Positions 52,409-60,546 of a stretch of 64,000 bases of DNA are shown piece by piece. Position 1 is the first letter of the stretch. Each line of letters opens with the position of its first letter. Where the stretch lies: positions 186,001 through 250,000 of the IMG/VR virus record IMGVR_UViG_3300044796_000662, one strand, 5' to 3'. Under the pieces are notes generated by a model that was not told the origin of the DNA, made no database searches, and saw only the letters and a list, made by a program, of their open reading frames with translations. A program made the position numbers and the translations under genes.

Positions 52409-54385
52409 TCACCGAGCGCGTTCGTTGAAGAACACGGCCAGGATAGGCTCGGCCTGTACATCCACATCTGTGAGTCGCTCAGCGGCGACCTTCTGATCTG
52501 GGTTTGGCACGACCTCCGTGAGGGGAACGTCCCGGAGGGTCATGATGTCGAGGTTCAAACGAACCTGTGCTTCAGCGTCCCGGAGGCACTGATAGCGGAG
52601 CTTAGTCAAGCCTGCCAGATTCGAGGCGTAGATGCCATCTATGGTTCCGTAGAGCTGGACCAACCCCAGAAGCACCTTCTGTGGAACGGTCGGAACCCCA
52701 GGCAGGTTGTCTGACGAATCCCCAAGCAGTGCGCGAAGAGTCACGATCTGTGACGGCCCCACACCCCACTCCTGCGTCAGTGCGTCGATGTCGTACAGCA
52801 CTTCCTTTCGCTTACCTTGTGCCGGCGTCAGTAGACGGTCGGTCTCTGTCACGAGCTGTAGAAGGTCACGGTCCGAGGAGAGGACCACGTTGTTCTGGCC
52901 CTTCAAGGTGCCACGCAGGAGGCTTGCGATGGCATCGTCGGCCTCCTCCCCCTCGTTGTAGAGCTGTGTAACCCCCAGAATCGGGAGCACCTCGCGCAGC
53001 CAGGCCACCTGGTCCCAGCGCACGCCCCCTGTCTCTTCTTCCGCGAAGCCGCTCGAACGGTTGGCCTTGTAATCGGCGTACTTGGCCTTGCGGGTTCGAT
53101 TCGAGCCATCCCAGACCACGTAGATGCTGGCCCCTGGGAACCGCTTGAGCAGGCTTGCGGTCGAGCGCAGAAAGCCGAAGAGCACGCCCGTGTGCCTCTG
53201 TTGCGTGTCCCGCATGTCCGACATGCCGGGCGCGTAGAAGCAGCGATAGGCGAGGTTGAAACCGTCGATGATGACGTTCTGGACTTCCACGCTGGTCTCC
53301 TCAATCTCGCGCTCGATCTCCGAGACGTCGTCTGACAGGTTGTCCAGGCTCTCTTGCAAGTCCTGCAACGTGAGCCACTTGAAGTACCGTCCCTCGATCT
53401 CCGAGAAGGGCGTCTCGACGAGGCTCTCGCGGACAAGGGGTACGAGACCGTCCCAACGCTGTGTGAGACCATCAAGCAGGATCGCTCGGTCCCCTTGCTC
53501 CTTGAGCTTGCTCGCATCGAGGGGGATGTAGAACGACCGAACGAGGTTGGAGCGATGCTCCAGCCCCTCAGCCCAGTCGTTCAGTTGCGTATAGACGTCG
53601 AGTCTCGGACGTATCCGGGTGATGAGCGTGGGCGCGGTAAGTGCTGTCTGGATGGTCGTGAAACTCTCGACCTTGGACACCCAAGACTGGAACTGGAGAT
53701 ACTCCTGGTAGTGCTTGTTCAGGCGCGCGAAGCCGACGAGCTTTGGGGCCTTGAGCAGATCGTAGAAGTCGTTGAACCAGTCACGGACGCCTGCGAAGCG
53801 GTCCATGGCCGGAGCCTTGGGCGCCTTGGAGACGAGCCGGAGGAAGCTCCGGGGCAGCGTGATGATCGAGTCCTTGGAGCGTAGAAGAACCCGTACCTGG
53901 ACCTTGTCCTCTTCGGGAATCTCCTCGATGACCTTCGCCTGGATCTGGCGATAGGCCCCTGAGGTGATGAGAACCGTGTCGTCGATACCGATCCCCTGGT
54001 CGGTCTCGACATGGATCTGCCGCTTCATCTTGTCGATGGCGGAGTTCTCGACGAAGGCTAGCTGCCGGACAGGACGCCCCCCGTTCTCGGGTCGGACGAT
54101 CTTCGTGAGCACCTTCTGGACGTACTTGGAGTTGTCCAGTCTGTTGTAAAGCGTATCGGGGTGCTTGTGCCGAATGAACGCGTAGCCATCGACGAGGTAG
54201 TGCACTACCCGGTCCTCACCGATCTGCGTGACCGCAGCCGGAATGAACACTTCGGCGCCCTTCACTGCGTAGGTGATGGAACGCCGGACGATGTCCGGGT
54301 CCTCCCCTTCGGCCTTGGAACTCAGTTCCAAGATGACCCACTGGTTGGGATCGCTCGTCACAACGACTACGCCCTCCTGGGCCAT
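52409..54385 (-). CDS. NusG (NGN+KOW) fused to Pol I-type 5'-3' exonuclease/flap endonuclease
   Basis: N-term WVIL...EVFIP...LVDGYAFI...V.ITSGAY....AKV.E; C-term IIDGFNLAYR, VVWDG, YKANR, EADD, SSDRDLLQL, GDSSDNLPGV. Confidence 0.85.
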   Translation of the reverse strand: MAQEGVVVVTSDPNQWVILELSSKAEGEDPDIVRRSITYAVKGAEVFIPAAVTQIGEDRVVHYLVDGYAFIRHKHPDTLYNRLDNSKYVQKVLTKIVRPENGGRPVRQLAFVENSAIDKMKRQIHVETDQGIGIDDTVLITSGAYRQIQAKVIEEIPEEDKVQVRVLLRSKDSIITLPRSFLRLVSKAPKAPAMDRFAGVRDWFNDFYDLLKAPKLVGFARLNKHYQEYLQFQSWVSKVESFTTIQTALTAPTLITRIRPRLDVYTQLNDWAEGLEHRSNLVRSFYIPLDASKLKEQGDRAILLDGLTQRWDGLVPLVRESLVETPFSEIEGRYFKWLTLQDLQESLDNLSDDVSEIEREIEETSVEVQNVIIDGFNLAYRCFYAPGMSDMRDTQQRHTGVLFGFLRSTASLLKRFPGASIYVVWDGSNRTRKAKYADYKANRSSGFAEEETGGVRWDQVAWLREVLPILGVTQLYNEGEEADDAIASLLRGTLKGQNNVVLSSDRDLLQLVTETDRLLTPAQGKRKEVLYDIDALTQEWGVGPSQIVTLRALLGDSSDNLPGVPTVPQKVLLGLVQLYGTIDGIYASNLAGLTKLRYQCLRDAEAQVRLNLDIMTLRDVPLTEVVPNPDQKVAAERLTDVDVQAEPILAVFFNERAR

Positions 54386-55860
54386 GTGCGCTCGAATTCC
54401 CGTCGCCAGTCTTCCGGCGTCAGAATGCGATTCATCTCGTCCTCTGTTCCTTGATGGAAGGACAGCGGAACGTCAATGTTGCCTGGGTTGGAACGGCTCC
54501 GAGGCCGCCCCAACGGCACAGCCTTGTGGTCTTCGGAGGTGAGAGCGTAAGGGTCCCCTGAGCCGATAGCTCCGATGCCGTCCGCCCGCATCTTGCCGTT
54601 GCCCCCATTGGTTGCCGCGTGGACGATGGGGACTTGGGGTGCCGGAGAGGGGGAGGGTGGCGCCGCCGTTGTCACGGGAGACGGTGCAGACACCGGCTGT
54701 GACACCGCAGGAGGCGTTGAGGGGGTAGCTTGAACCGCTGCGGTCTGAACAGGGACCGAAGCGACGGCCATGGGTGCAGACACGGACAGCACAAGAGGCT
54801 GCGCCCCCATCTGTTGGGGAACGGCGCCGTTGGACTGCGCGAGGCTCACGATGTCGCAGACAAGGCTGATCCGCGACACTGCCCGATGCCGAAGGAAGTA
54901 TTCGGCCAGCTTGGTGCACCCCGTGGTGAACCGCTGGTAGACCTGCTCGGCCAGTTGCCGGTCCACGTACACGAAGTCGGCCGCCATGTTGTTGGCAAGC
55001 CGGAACGAGTTCATGGCCGCCTCGGCAAGACCTGCGGCCACCTGGTCAGCGGGCACTCGCTCGCATGCCTGGTCCACGAGTTCGAGAGCCTGCTTGGGGT
55101 TCCCGAGCGCAAGGAGGATCTGGTAGTACGTCGAGACGACACTGAGGTGTAGGTACTCTCGAACAGACTCGACCGTGACCGACCCCATCTGGGCGATCAT
55201 CTCCAGCTTGTTCAAGATGTCCCGGACGTGCCCGCCCGAGTGATCGATCACGATCAACACCGCGTCGTCTTGGTACTCGACCTTCTCGGTTTCGAGCACC
55301 ATTCGCATCCGCCCGAGCACGTCCTCACGAGTGACCTTACGGATCGGGTACGTCTCGCAGCGGCTCTGGATGGTCCCGCGGATGTTCTGAGGCTCGGTCG
55401 TACAGAAGATACCGAGGAGCTTCTTCTCCTCGATGGGCTTGAGCAGGACGTCCTGAGCCTCCTTGCTCATCCGGTGCGCCTCGTCGAAGAGGTAGATGCG
55501 GATGGGCGCCCCCATGGGCGGCATGTACGGGAGGTCTTCGAGCAGGTCACGGACGTTGGCAACGCCGCCGTTACTAGCCGCGTCGCGCTCCGTGAAGGCA
55601 CTGGGCTGGTCCTCCAGAATCGCGAGGCACTGCTCGCAGACGTTGCAGGGCTCCCACTCCTCACGGTTCAAGTTCTGACAGAGGGCCGCCCTCGCCAGCA
55701 CACGGGCAAGGGTGGTCTTGCCCTGCCCGTGACCGCCCGCGAAGATGTAGGACGTGTTCAGGATGGTCCCGTTCCTCAAGCGAGCCTTGATGAGCTGGAC
55801 GGATCCCTCCTGACCGAGCACCTCGGAGAACTTGCGCGGGCGGTACTTAGTGTCCCACAT
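54367..55860 (-). CDS. dnaX: DNA polymerase III gamma/tau-like clamp loader subunit
   Basis: KYRPRKFSEVLGQ, GGHGQGKTT, C..PCNVCEQC Zn module, DEAH, SRC, Pro-rich C-terminal linker. Confidence 0.92.
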   Translation of the reverse strand: MWDTKYRPRKFSEVLGQEGSVQLIKARLRNGTILNTSYIFAGGHGQGKTTLARVLARAALCQNLNREEWEPCNVCEQCLAILEDQPSAFTERDAASNGGVANVRDLLEDLPYMPPMGAPIRIYLFDEAHRMSKEAQDVLLKPIEEKKLLGIFCTTEPQNIRGTIQSRCETYPIRKVTREDVLGRMRMVLETEKVEYQDDAVLIVIDHSGGHVRDILNKLEMIAQMGSVTVESVREYLHLSVVSTYYQILLALGNPKQALELVDQACERVPADQVAAGLAEAAMNSFRLANNMAADFVYVDRQLAEQVYQRFTTGCTKLAEYFLRHRAVSRISLVCDIVSLAQSNGAVPQQMGAQPLVLSVSAPMAVASVPVQTAAVQATPSTPPAVSQPVSAPSPVTTAAPPSPSPAPQVPIVHAATNGGNGKMRADGIGAIGSGDPYALTSEDHKAVPLGRPRSRSNPGNIDVPLSFHQGTEDEMNRILTPEDWRREFERTWPRRA

Positions 55861-55879
55861 GGTGCTTGGTTCGTGTCAG

Positions 55880-55905
55880 CTACACCGTTCAGGAATCCTG
55901 AACGG
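55880..55905 (-). promoter_or_regulatory. CGGTGTAG motif overlapped by a 21-bp palindrome
   Basis: Motif 55880-55887; CCGTTCAGGA-A-TCCTGAACGG at 55885-55905. Confidence 0.55.
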
Positions 55906-56380
55906 TTTCCTCTGCGATGCTGGCGCTGACGACGTCGTTGACCAAGTCCTCGATCTTGACGTCCTTGGCGATCGAAACGAAGCCGTTCAGCTCCTCATTC
56001 CAGGCGCCGTGACGCTGAAGGATGGACGAGAACTCCTGGACGTCCGGCTTGCGGATCTTCCAGGACATCTCCCCCGACTTCTCGTCTTCCTCGCCGTAGC
56101 AGCGCTCCAGGAGGTGGTCGATGAGAGCCGTCCTCTGTTCGACGCCCAGCTCGTTGAACTCGTCCAGAGCGACTTCGATCAGGAAGTCCACCTCCAGAAG
56201 GAACTGAAGAACGCCAGAGATCTTGCGGACCTTGCCCAGGACAGGGCGACCGGACTCCTTGGAGGCCGTGTCCACGTAGATGTACTTGACGCGGGCCGTG
56301 GCCAGCTCGGGGTGGTAGCTCGGGATGAGCTTCAACGCGATCTGCTCCACCGTGTCGGCAATTCCGTAAACCTTAGCCAT
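55889..56380 (-). CDS. Phage metallopeptidase-like protein (HExxH degenerate)
   Basis: VLGKVRK...DFLIEV....F..L..EQR.ALIDHLLER...IRKPDVQEF..I..RHG.W. Confidence 0.75.
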   Translation of the reverse strand: MAKVYGIADTVEQIALKLIPSYHPELATARVKYIYVDTASKESGRPVLGKVRKISGVLQFLLEVDFLIEVALDEFNELGVEQRTALIDHLLERCYGEEDEKSGEMSWKIRKPDVQEFSSILQRHGAWNEELNGFVSIAKDVKIEDLVNDVVSASIAEETVQDS

Positions 56381-57101
56381 CGTTTCTCTCCATCAGGCGG
56401 TTGAAGGGCTCTACACCCTCCCGAATGAATTTGCCGAGATACTCTTCACCCCGAAGCTCCCAGAGGTCCCCTGGGTCCTTCGTCATCTTGCCGTTGGGCA
56501 TGGGCAACTTGGCCCAACGGATGCCCTCGATCTGGTACTCACGCCCATGCTCCTTGTAGAAGCTGGCGGCGGCCTTTTGGCCAGTGGTGTCATTATCATA
56601 CGCAAGCACGATACGCTTGCATGTTCTCCGCAGCGTGGCGAGAAAGGGCCCAACGACACGTGCGGTCATGGTCGCGACCACCGCTGGGGAATGCCTCTGG
56701 ACCGGGAACAGGTCGTTGGCCCCCTCAACGAGGGTCACCGATTCCGTGGCCCAAATGTGCGGCATCGCCTGCCCGAGTCCGAAGAGGATCGGCTCCCCGG
56801 TATCGAGCATGAAGTTCGAGTTGAACTTGCGGCTCCTGTCCACGGGGCGGAACTGCACCCCACGGATCTCCCCGAGCGCGTTGGTCAACGGATAGACGAA
56901 CACGTCGTCAAGAACCGTCCCCGAACCGTACTGTTTGAGGAACTTCGGATCGTAGTCCAACGGCGGAAGCGTCCGCTTCAAGTAGCCGATGTTGTACTCC
57001 CTGATCTGCTCGTCGGAACAGCCGCGGACGTTGAGCGCCTCGACCACCCGCTCTGTCATGAGCGAGCGGGCGTACTCGACTAGTTGATCAAGCCACGCCA
57101 T
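56373..57101 (-). CDS. dnaG: DnaG-type DNA primase catalytic core (TOPRIM), no Zn-binding domain
   Basis: LFGL, LVEGANDL, LAYDNDTTGQKA, KDPGD. Confidence 0.85.
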   Translation of the reverse strand: MAWLDQLVEYARSLMTERVVEALNVRGCSDEQIREYNIGYLKRTLPPLDYDPKFLKQYGSGTVLDDVFVYPLTNALGEIRGVQFRPVDRSRKFNSNFMLDTGEPILFGLGQAMPHIWATESVTLVEGANDLFPVQRHSPAVVATMTARVVGPFLATLRRTCKRIVLAYDNDTTGQKAAASFYKEHGREYQIEGIRWAKLPMPNGKMTKDPGDLWELRGEEYLGKFIREGVEPFNRLMERNDG

Positions 57102-57723
57102 CGCCGACCACCATGATTGCCCGATCCGCCCTCTGGATCATGAGCCCCAGGTAATCGCCCACGCGCGTATACAGGCCCGCGAACTCCGGGTGTGTCGAGA
57201 CCAACGCTGCCCCGGGGGGGAGGTCGGCCGTCATCACCTGCATGTCGTCCACGGTTGCCACGTATCCTTGCGCCTTCATCATCTGGGAGGCCCACTTGGG
57301 ATCGAAGTCTGGACCGCAGATGTCCGGGAGAACGCTCTCTGGGACAACCAGAAGAGCCGGTTCAAGACCCAACCCTCGTAGGCGGGTGACCGCCTCTGTT
57401 ACGCTGTTACACCGATTGCCCCACTGATTTTTCAGGGAAAAATCGAGCAGTGACATGTACAGCTCGATGACGAGCTGCTCCTCTTCGTCCACTGGAACCT
57501 CGGAGAAACCGTACCGAGCCGTCCCGCGAACAGAGCTTCGTCGCGTCTGTACGAACTGACGCGCTGCGTTCGTGGACAGAAGCGGCTCTACGTCATCGGG
57601 GACCTCAAGCTCATTCAGTGCCGGGCGCGAGGAGACCCCCGACCGGATGGAGGCTTGAAGTTTCTCCGGCATCCGCATGTTGCGCCGCTCGGGCACGAAG
57701 AGGCGCCCCAACACCGTTGCCAC
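57088..57723 (-). CDS. Hypothetical protein; C-terminal half resembles part of the capsid (HK97) fold
   Basis: By-eye alignment to this window's MCP (see findings). Confidence 0.55.
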   Translation of the reverse strand: MATVLGRLFVPERRNMRMPEKLQASIRSGVSSRPALNELEVPDDVEPLLSTNAARQFVQTRRSSVRGTARYGFSEVPVDEEEQLVIELYMSLLDFSLKNQWGNRCNSVTEAVTRLRGLGLEPALLVVPESVLPDICGPDFDPKWASQMMKAQGYVATVDDMQVMTADLPPGAALVSTHPEFAGLYTRVGDYLGLMIQRADRAIMVVGDGVA

Positions 57724-57726
57724 GGG

Positions 57727-58293
57727 TCACTCCTCGACGATGGGCAGCGACGGCTTGGACTGAACAGGCTCCCACGGAGGTAGAAGCTTCTCCGGGTCCT
57801 CCGGCTGGCTCAAGGGTTCGACCTGGATGCGCAGGAGCTTGTACCAGAGGCGCTTCCACCAGGGGATGTCCGGCACCTGCATCTTGTTGATCGCCCATAG
57901 CAACCCGTAGACCTCGGGCATGTTGACCCTGAGCCAGTCCGGATCCTTGAGCTGTTGCGCGAAGTCGTTCCAGATCGTCTTCTTGTTGGCCTTGGGGTTG
58001 AAGTACGGGCAGCGCTGAGCGTCGATGGGCTCCTCGCAAATCGTACCCGGCCAGTCCTCGACGCTTGAGGCGCCGAGCATGCAAAGACCCATCGACGGCG
58101 TTCCAGGGGACGTCCCGATGCGGTTGTAGTTCTCGTTGACCTCGCCCGCGATGCGCTTGCGCACGTCCAGCGGGTGCCGATAGTTGTGCGTACAGAGGTG
58201 CGGGAGCCGGTGCTCCGCGAGCTTCACTCTGGCGGTCAGCTCTTCTACGAGCAGAAACCTGATCCGCGCTTCGATCTCGGTTGCATCTCTCAT
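57727..58293 (-). CDS. Cys-rich hypothetical protein
   Basis: CTHN...C...C...CPYF; ATGA-coupled. Confidence 0.7.
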   Translation of the reverse strand: MRDATEIEARIRFLLVEELTARVKLAEHRLPHLCTHNYRHPLDVRKRIAGEVNENYNRIGTSPGTPSMGLCMLGASSVEDWPGTICEEPIDAQRCPYFNPKANKKTIWNDFAQQLKDPDWLRVNMPEVYGLLWAINKMQVPDIPWWKRLWYKLLRIQVEPLSQPEDPEKLLPPWEPVQSKPSLPIVEE

Positions 58294-58952
58294 TTGGGTC
58301 CTCGGAGCCGTTTCAGGCCCAGTGACCAGGTTGTATCAGAAGATTGCTCTTCGAAGCCCTGGTAGGCAGACTTCGCGTGGTCCAAGAACGCCTGGTTGTG
58401 CGTGACGAGAAGGATCGGGATGTTCGTCGTTTCCGACAACTTCCTGAGGAACTGGCCGGTCTGATCCACGTAGTAGTCACTGACGGCCGACAGAGTCTCA
58501 TCCAGGAACAGGACAGGGAACTTCTTGAGGCGCATGAGCGCCAAGAGCCGCAGCGTCAAAGACGCGATGCTCGACACACCACCGCCCGTTGTTTCTAGCG
58601 GCGGTCCGACGATCTCGATGTCGTTCTGCGTGCGCTTGACGAGCAGGTCGATGGAGACCTTCCCTCGGGACTGACCGACCTCAGCCTGAAAGGAGAGGTC
58701 GATGTCGAAGAAGATGGACTTGAGCCCCTCGGTCACGATGGACTCGATGGCCTTCACCTGGTCCATGACCAGCTTGTCCATGAGCAGGCGAAGAAGCTCC
58801 CCTGTTTTGGAGAGCTTCTCCACCCGCTCGGACAACACCGTGATCTCCCTCGCCGTCTTGTCCCGCTGCTGGACAAGGGAGTCCCTCCGCGTCTGAACAC
58901 GGGTCGCGGAGGTCTTGAGTGCTTCAACCCTGGTCTTCCAGGCGTCGGTCAC
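58290..58952 (-). CDS. sbcC: SbcC/Rad50 C-terminal half
   Basis: GTGA-coupled start 58952; coiled coil, signature-like TGGG, Walker B LFLDE, H-loop LVTH. Confidence 0.85.
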   Translation of the reverse strand: MTDAWKTRVEALKTSATRVQTRRDSLVQQRDKTAREITVLSERVEKLSKTGELLRLLMDKLVMDQVKAIESIVTEGLKSIFFDIDLSFQAEVGQSRGKVSIDLLVKRTQNDIEIVGPPLETTGGGVSSIASLTLRLLALMRLKKFPVLFLDETLSAVSDYYVDQTGQFLRKLSETTNIPILLVTHNQAFLDHAKSAYQGFEEQSSDTTWSLGLKRLRGPK

Positions 58953-60259
58953 TCGTACGACGGCATGAACCGAGTCACCGTGCATGAGATTGCTCCTGCC
59001 GGAACCTGCCCTCCCTCGGGCAGTTCACCGGCCACCGTCTTGCCCTCGGCATCGAGGTAGAACCTGTCGATGGTCCGGAGGTAGGCGCCACCCTTGGGGC
59101 GCTTCTCGCTCGGGTCGATCGGGTAGACCCGAAGCTCGACGGTGCCACCCTCGGCGTCCTTGAACAGCGAGAGGAGCTGCTTGCGGTTGATGAACGGCTC
59201 CAGGGTACGGTCGGGCTCCGCCAGCGACGAGTCCTTGCCGACGCTGATGAACATGCTCTTGATGCCCTTGGCGTTACCCTCGGCCGCCTCCAACTGAAGA
59301 GTGTTGGAGTCCTTGTTCCAGAGGAGCCGCACCTTGTCGTGCTTGTCCCCCAGCTCCTCGCCCATGTAGCCGAGCGCGTCGATCATCTCGGCCTTGGGGA
59401 TCTTGAAGACGAACTTGTCGCCGCCGAGCCCGTAGTACGAGTGCTTGGCGTGCAGCTTCGTGGTGTGCGTCCAGCCGAAGACCCGGCTTTCCGACTCGTC
59501 GCAGACGAAGGTCTTCGTGTCCGTAGACTTGATGACCGCCGTCCCCTCGATCTTGCCGAGGAAGCTGAGAAGCAGACCGAGATGCTCGGCCTTGAGCGCG
59601 AAGCTCTTGCCCTTGAACGCCTCGCAGTCGAAGTAGAACGCCTGCGAACCGTTGGCAGCGTAGAGCACGCCGTCACCCTTCTCGTAGGGCTTGATCATCT
59701 GACCCTTGTTCTTCGGGTCCTCGACCTCCGCGTCCTTGTCGAACATCTGGATGGTCTTGTGCTGATCCTCGGCACGGGGATTGTTCTCCCCGTGGAAGTC
59801 CTTGGACAGACTGAGAGCCTTGCGAAGGACGGCGGCGGGGAACTTGCCGGTCTCCTTGGCGGCCTTCAGCTCCTTGTCGAAGGTAGCCAGCCACTTCGGG
59901 TCGAAGGCGGGGCGGGTGCCGCCGGCCCCACGCCCGGGGTCGTAGCTGACGCTGAACTGGTCGCCATCCCTCTTGGACTCGAAGCTGATCGGGCCCGAGA
60001 AATACTTGAACGCCCCGATCGATTCGTACGGGTAGGCGAAGACGCCCTCACCATCCGCGTCGAAGATGTCCATGCGTGCCCGAGCGACATGGTTCGCGTC
60101 GGCCGAGTACATGTACCCCTCGGTCGAGTTGCGGATGTAGAAGAGGAAGCCCGTGTCCCTCTCCTTGTTGCACGCCCTGGGGACCACCGTCTGAACGGCG
60201 TCGATCGCGGCGTTCAGGTGGGCGGCTTGCACTGAGAACTTGATCATGTTCATCCTCAT
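58949..60259 (-). CDS. dnaN: DNA polymerase III beta sliding clamp-like protein
   Basis: IKFSV....L..AI..V..VVP start, three-domain periodicity (LYAANG, FINRKQLLSL), size and context near DnaX. Confidence 0.65.
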   Translation of the reverse strand: MRMNMIKFSVQAAHLNAAIDAVQTVVPRACNKERDTGFLFYIRNSTEGYMYSADANHVARARMDIFDADGEGVFAYPYESIGAFKYFSGPISFESKRDGDQFSVSYDPGRGAGGTRPAFDPKWLATFDKELKAAKETGKFPAAVLRKALSLSKDFHGENNPRAEDQHKTIQMFDKDAEVEDPKNKGQMIKPYEKGDGVLYAANGSQAFYFDCEAFKGKSFALKAEHLGLLLSFLGKIEGTAVIKSTDTKTFVCDESESRVFGWTHTTKLHAKHSYYGLGGDKFVFKIPKAEMIDALGYMGEELGDKHDKVRLLWNKDSNTLQLEAAEGNAKGIKSMFISVGKDSSLAEPDRTLEPFINRKQLLSLFKDAEGGTVELRVYPIDPSEKRPKGGAYLRTIDRFYLDAEGKTVAGELPEGGQVPAGAISCTVTRFMPSYE

Positions 60260-60528
60260 TTCTTCTCGTAGGCCGAGAAGGCTGACTCGGTCTTCGTCAA
60301 GTCGGACTCGTACTCACCGAGCATCTGTTCGAGTTCCGCTTTGGCCTTGTCCCGCTCCCCCACGAGAGTCTTCGGGTCGTAGCCGGCGGCCTTGATCTCC
60401 TTGATCAGAGCCGCCAGTTCCTCTTTCTTGGCCTGAAGCTGGCCGCCGAACTGGGCCTTTTTGGTAGCCACAGCGTCCGTTCGCTTCTGAAGGTCGTCGA
60501 TCTTCTTCTTGATCTCGTCGGGCGTCAT
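60256..60528 (-). CDS. Small coiled-coil protein (possible middle piece of split Rad50)
   Basis: Helical hairpin with central GYDP turn. Confidence 0.65.
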   Translation of the reverse strand: MTPDEIKKKIDDLQKRTDAVATKKAQFGGQLQAKKEELAALIKEIKAAGYDPKTLVGERDKAKAELEQMLGEYESDLTKTESAFSAYEKK

Positions 60529-60546
60529 GTGTCTTCCTCTGTCGGC

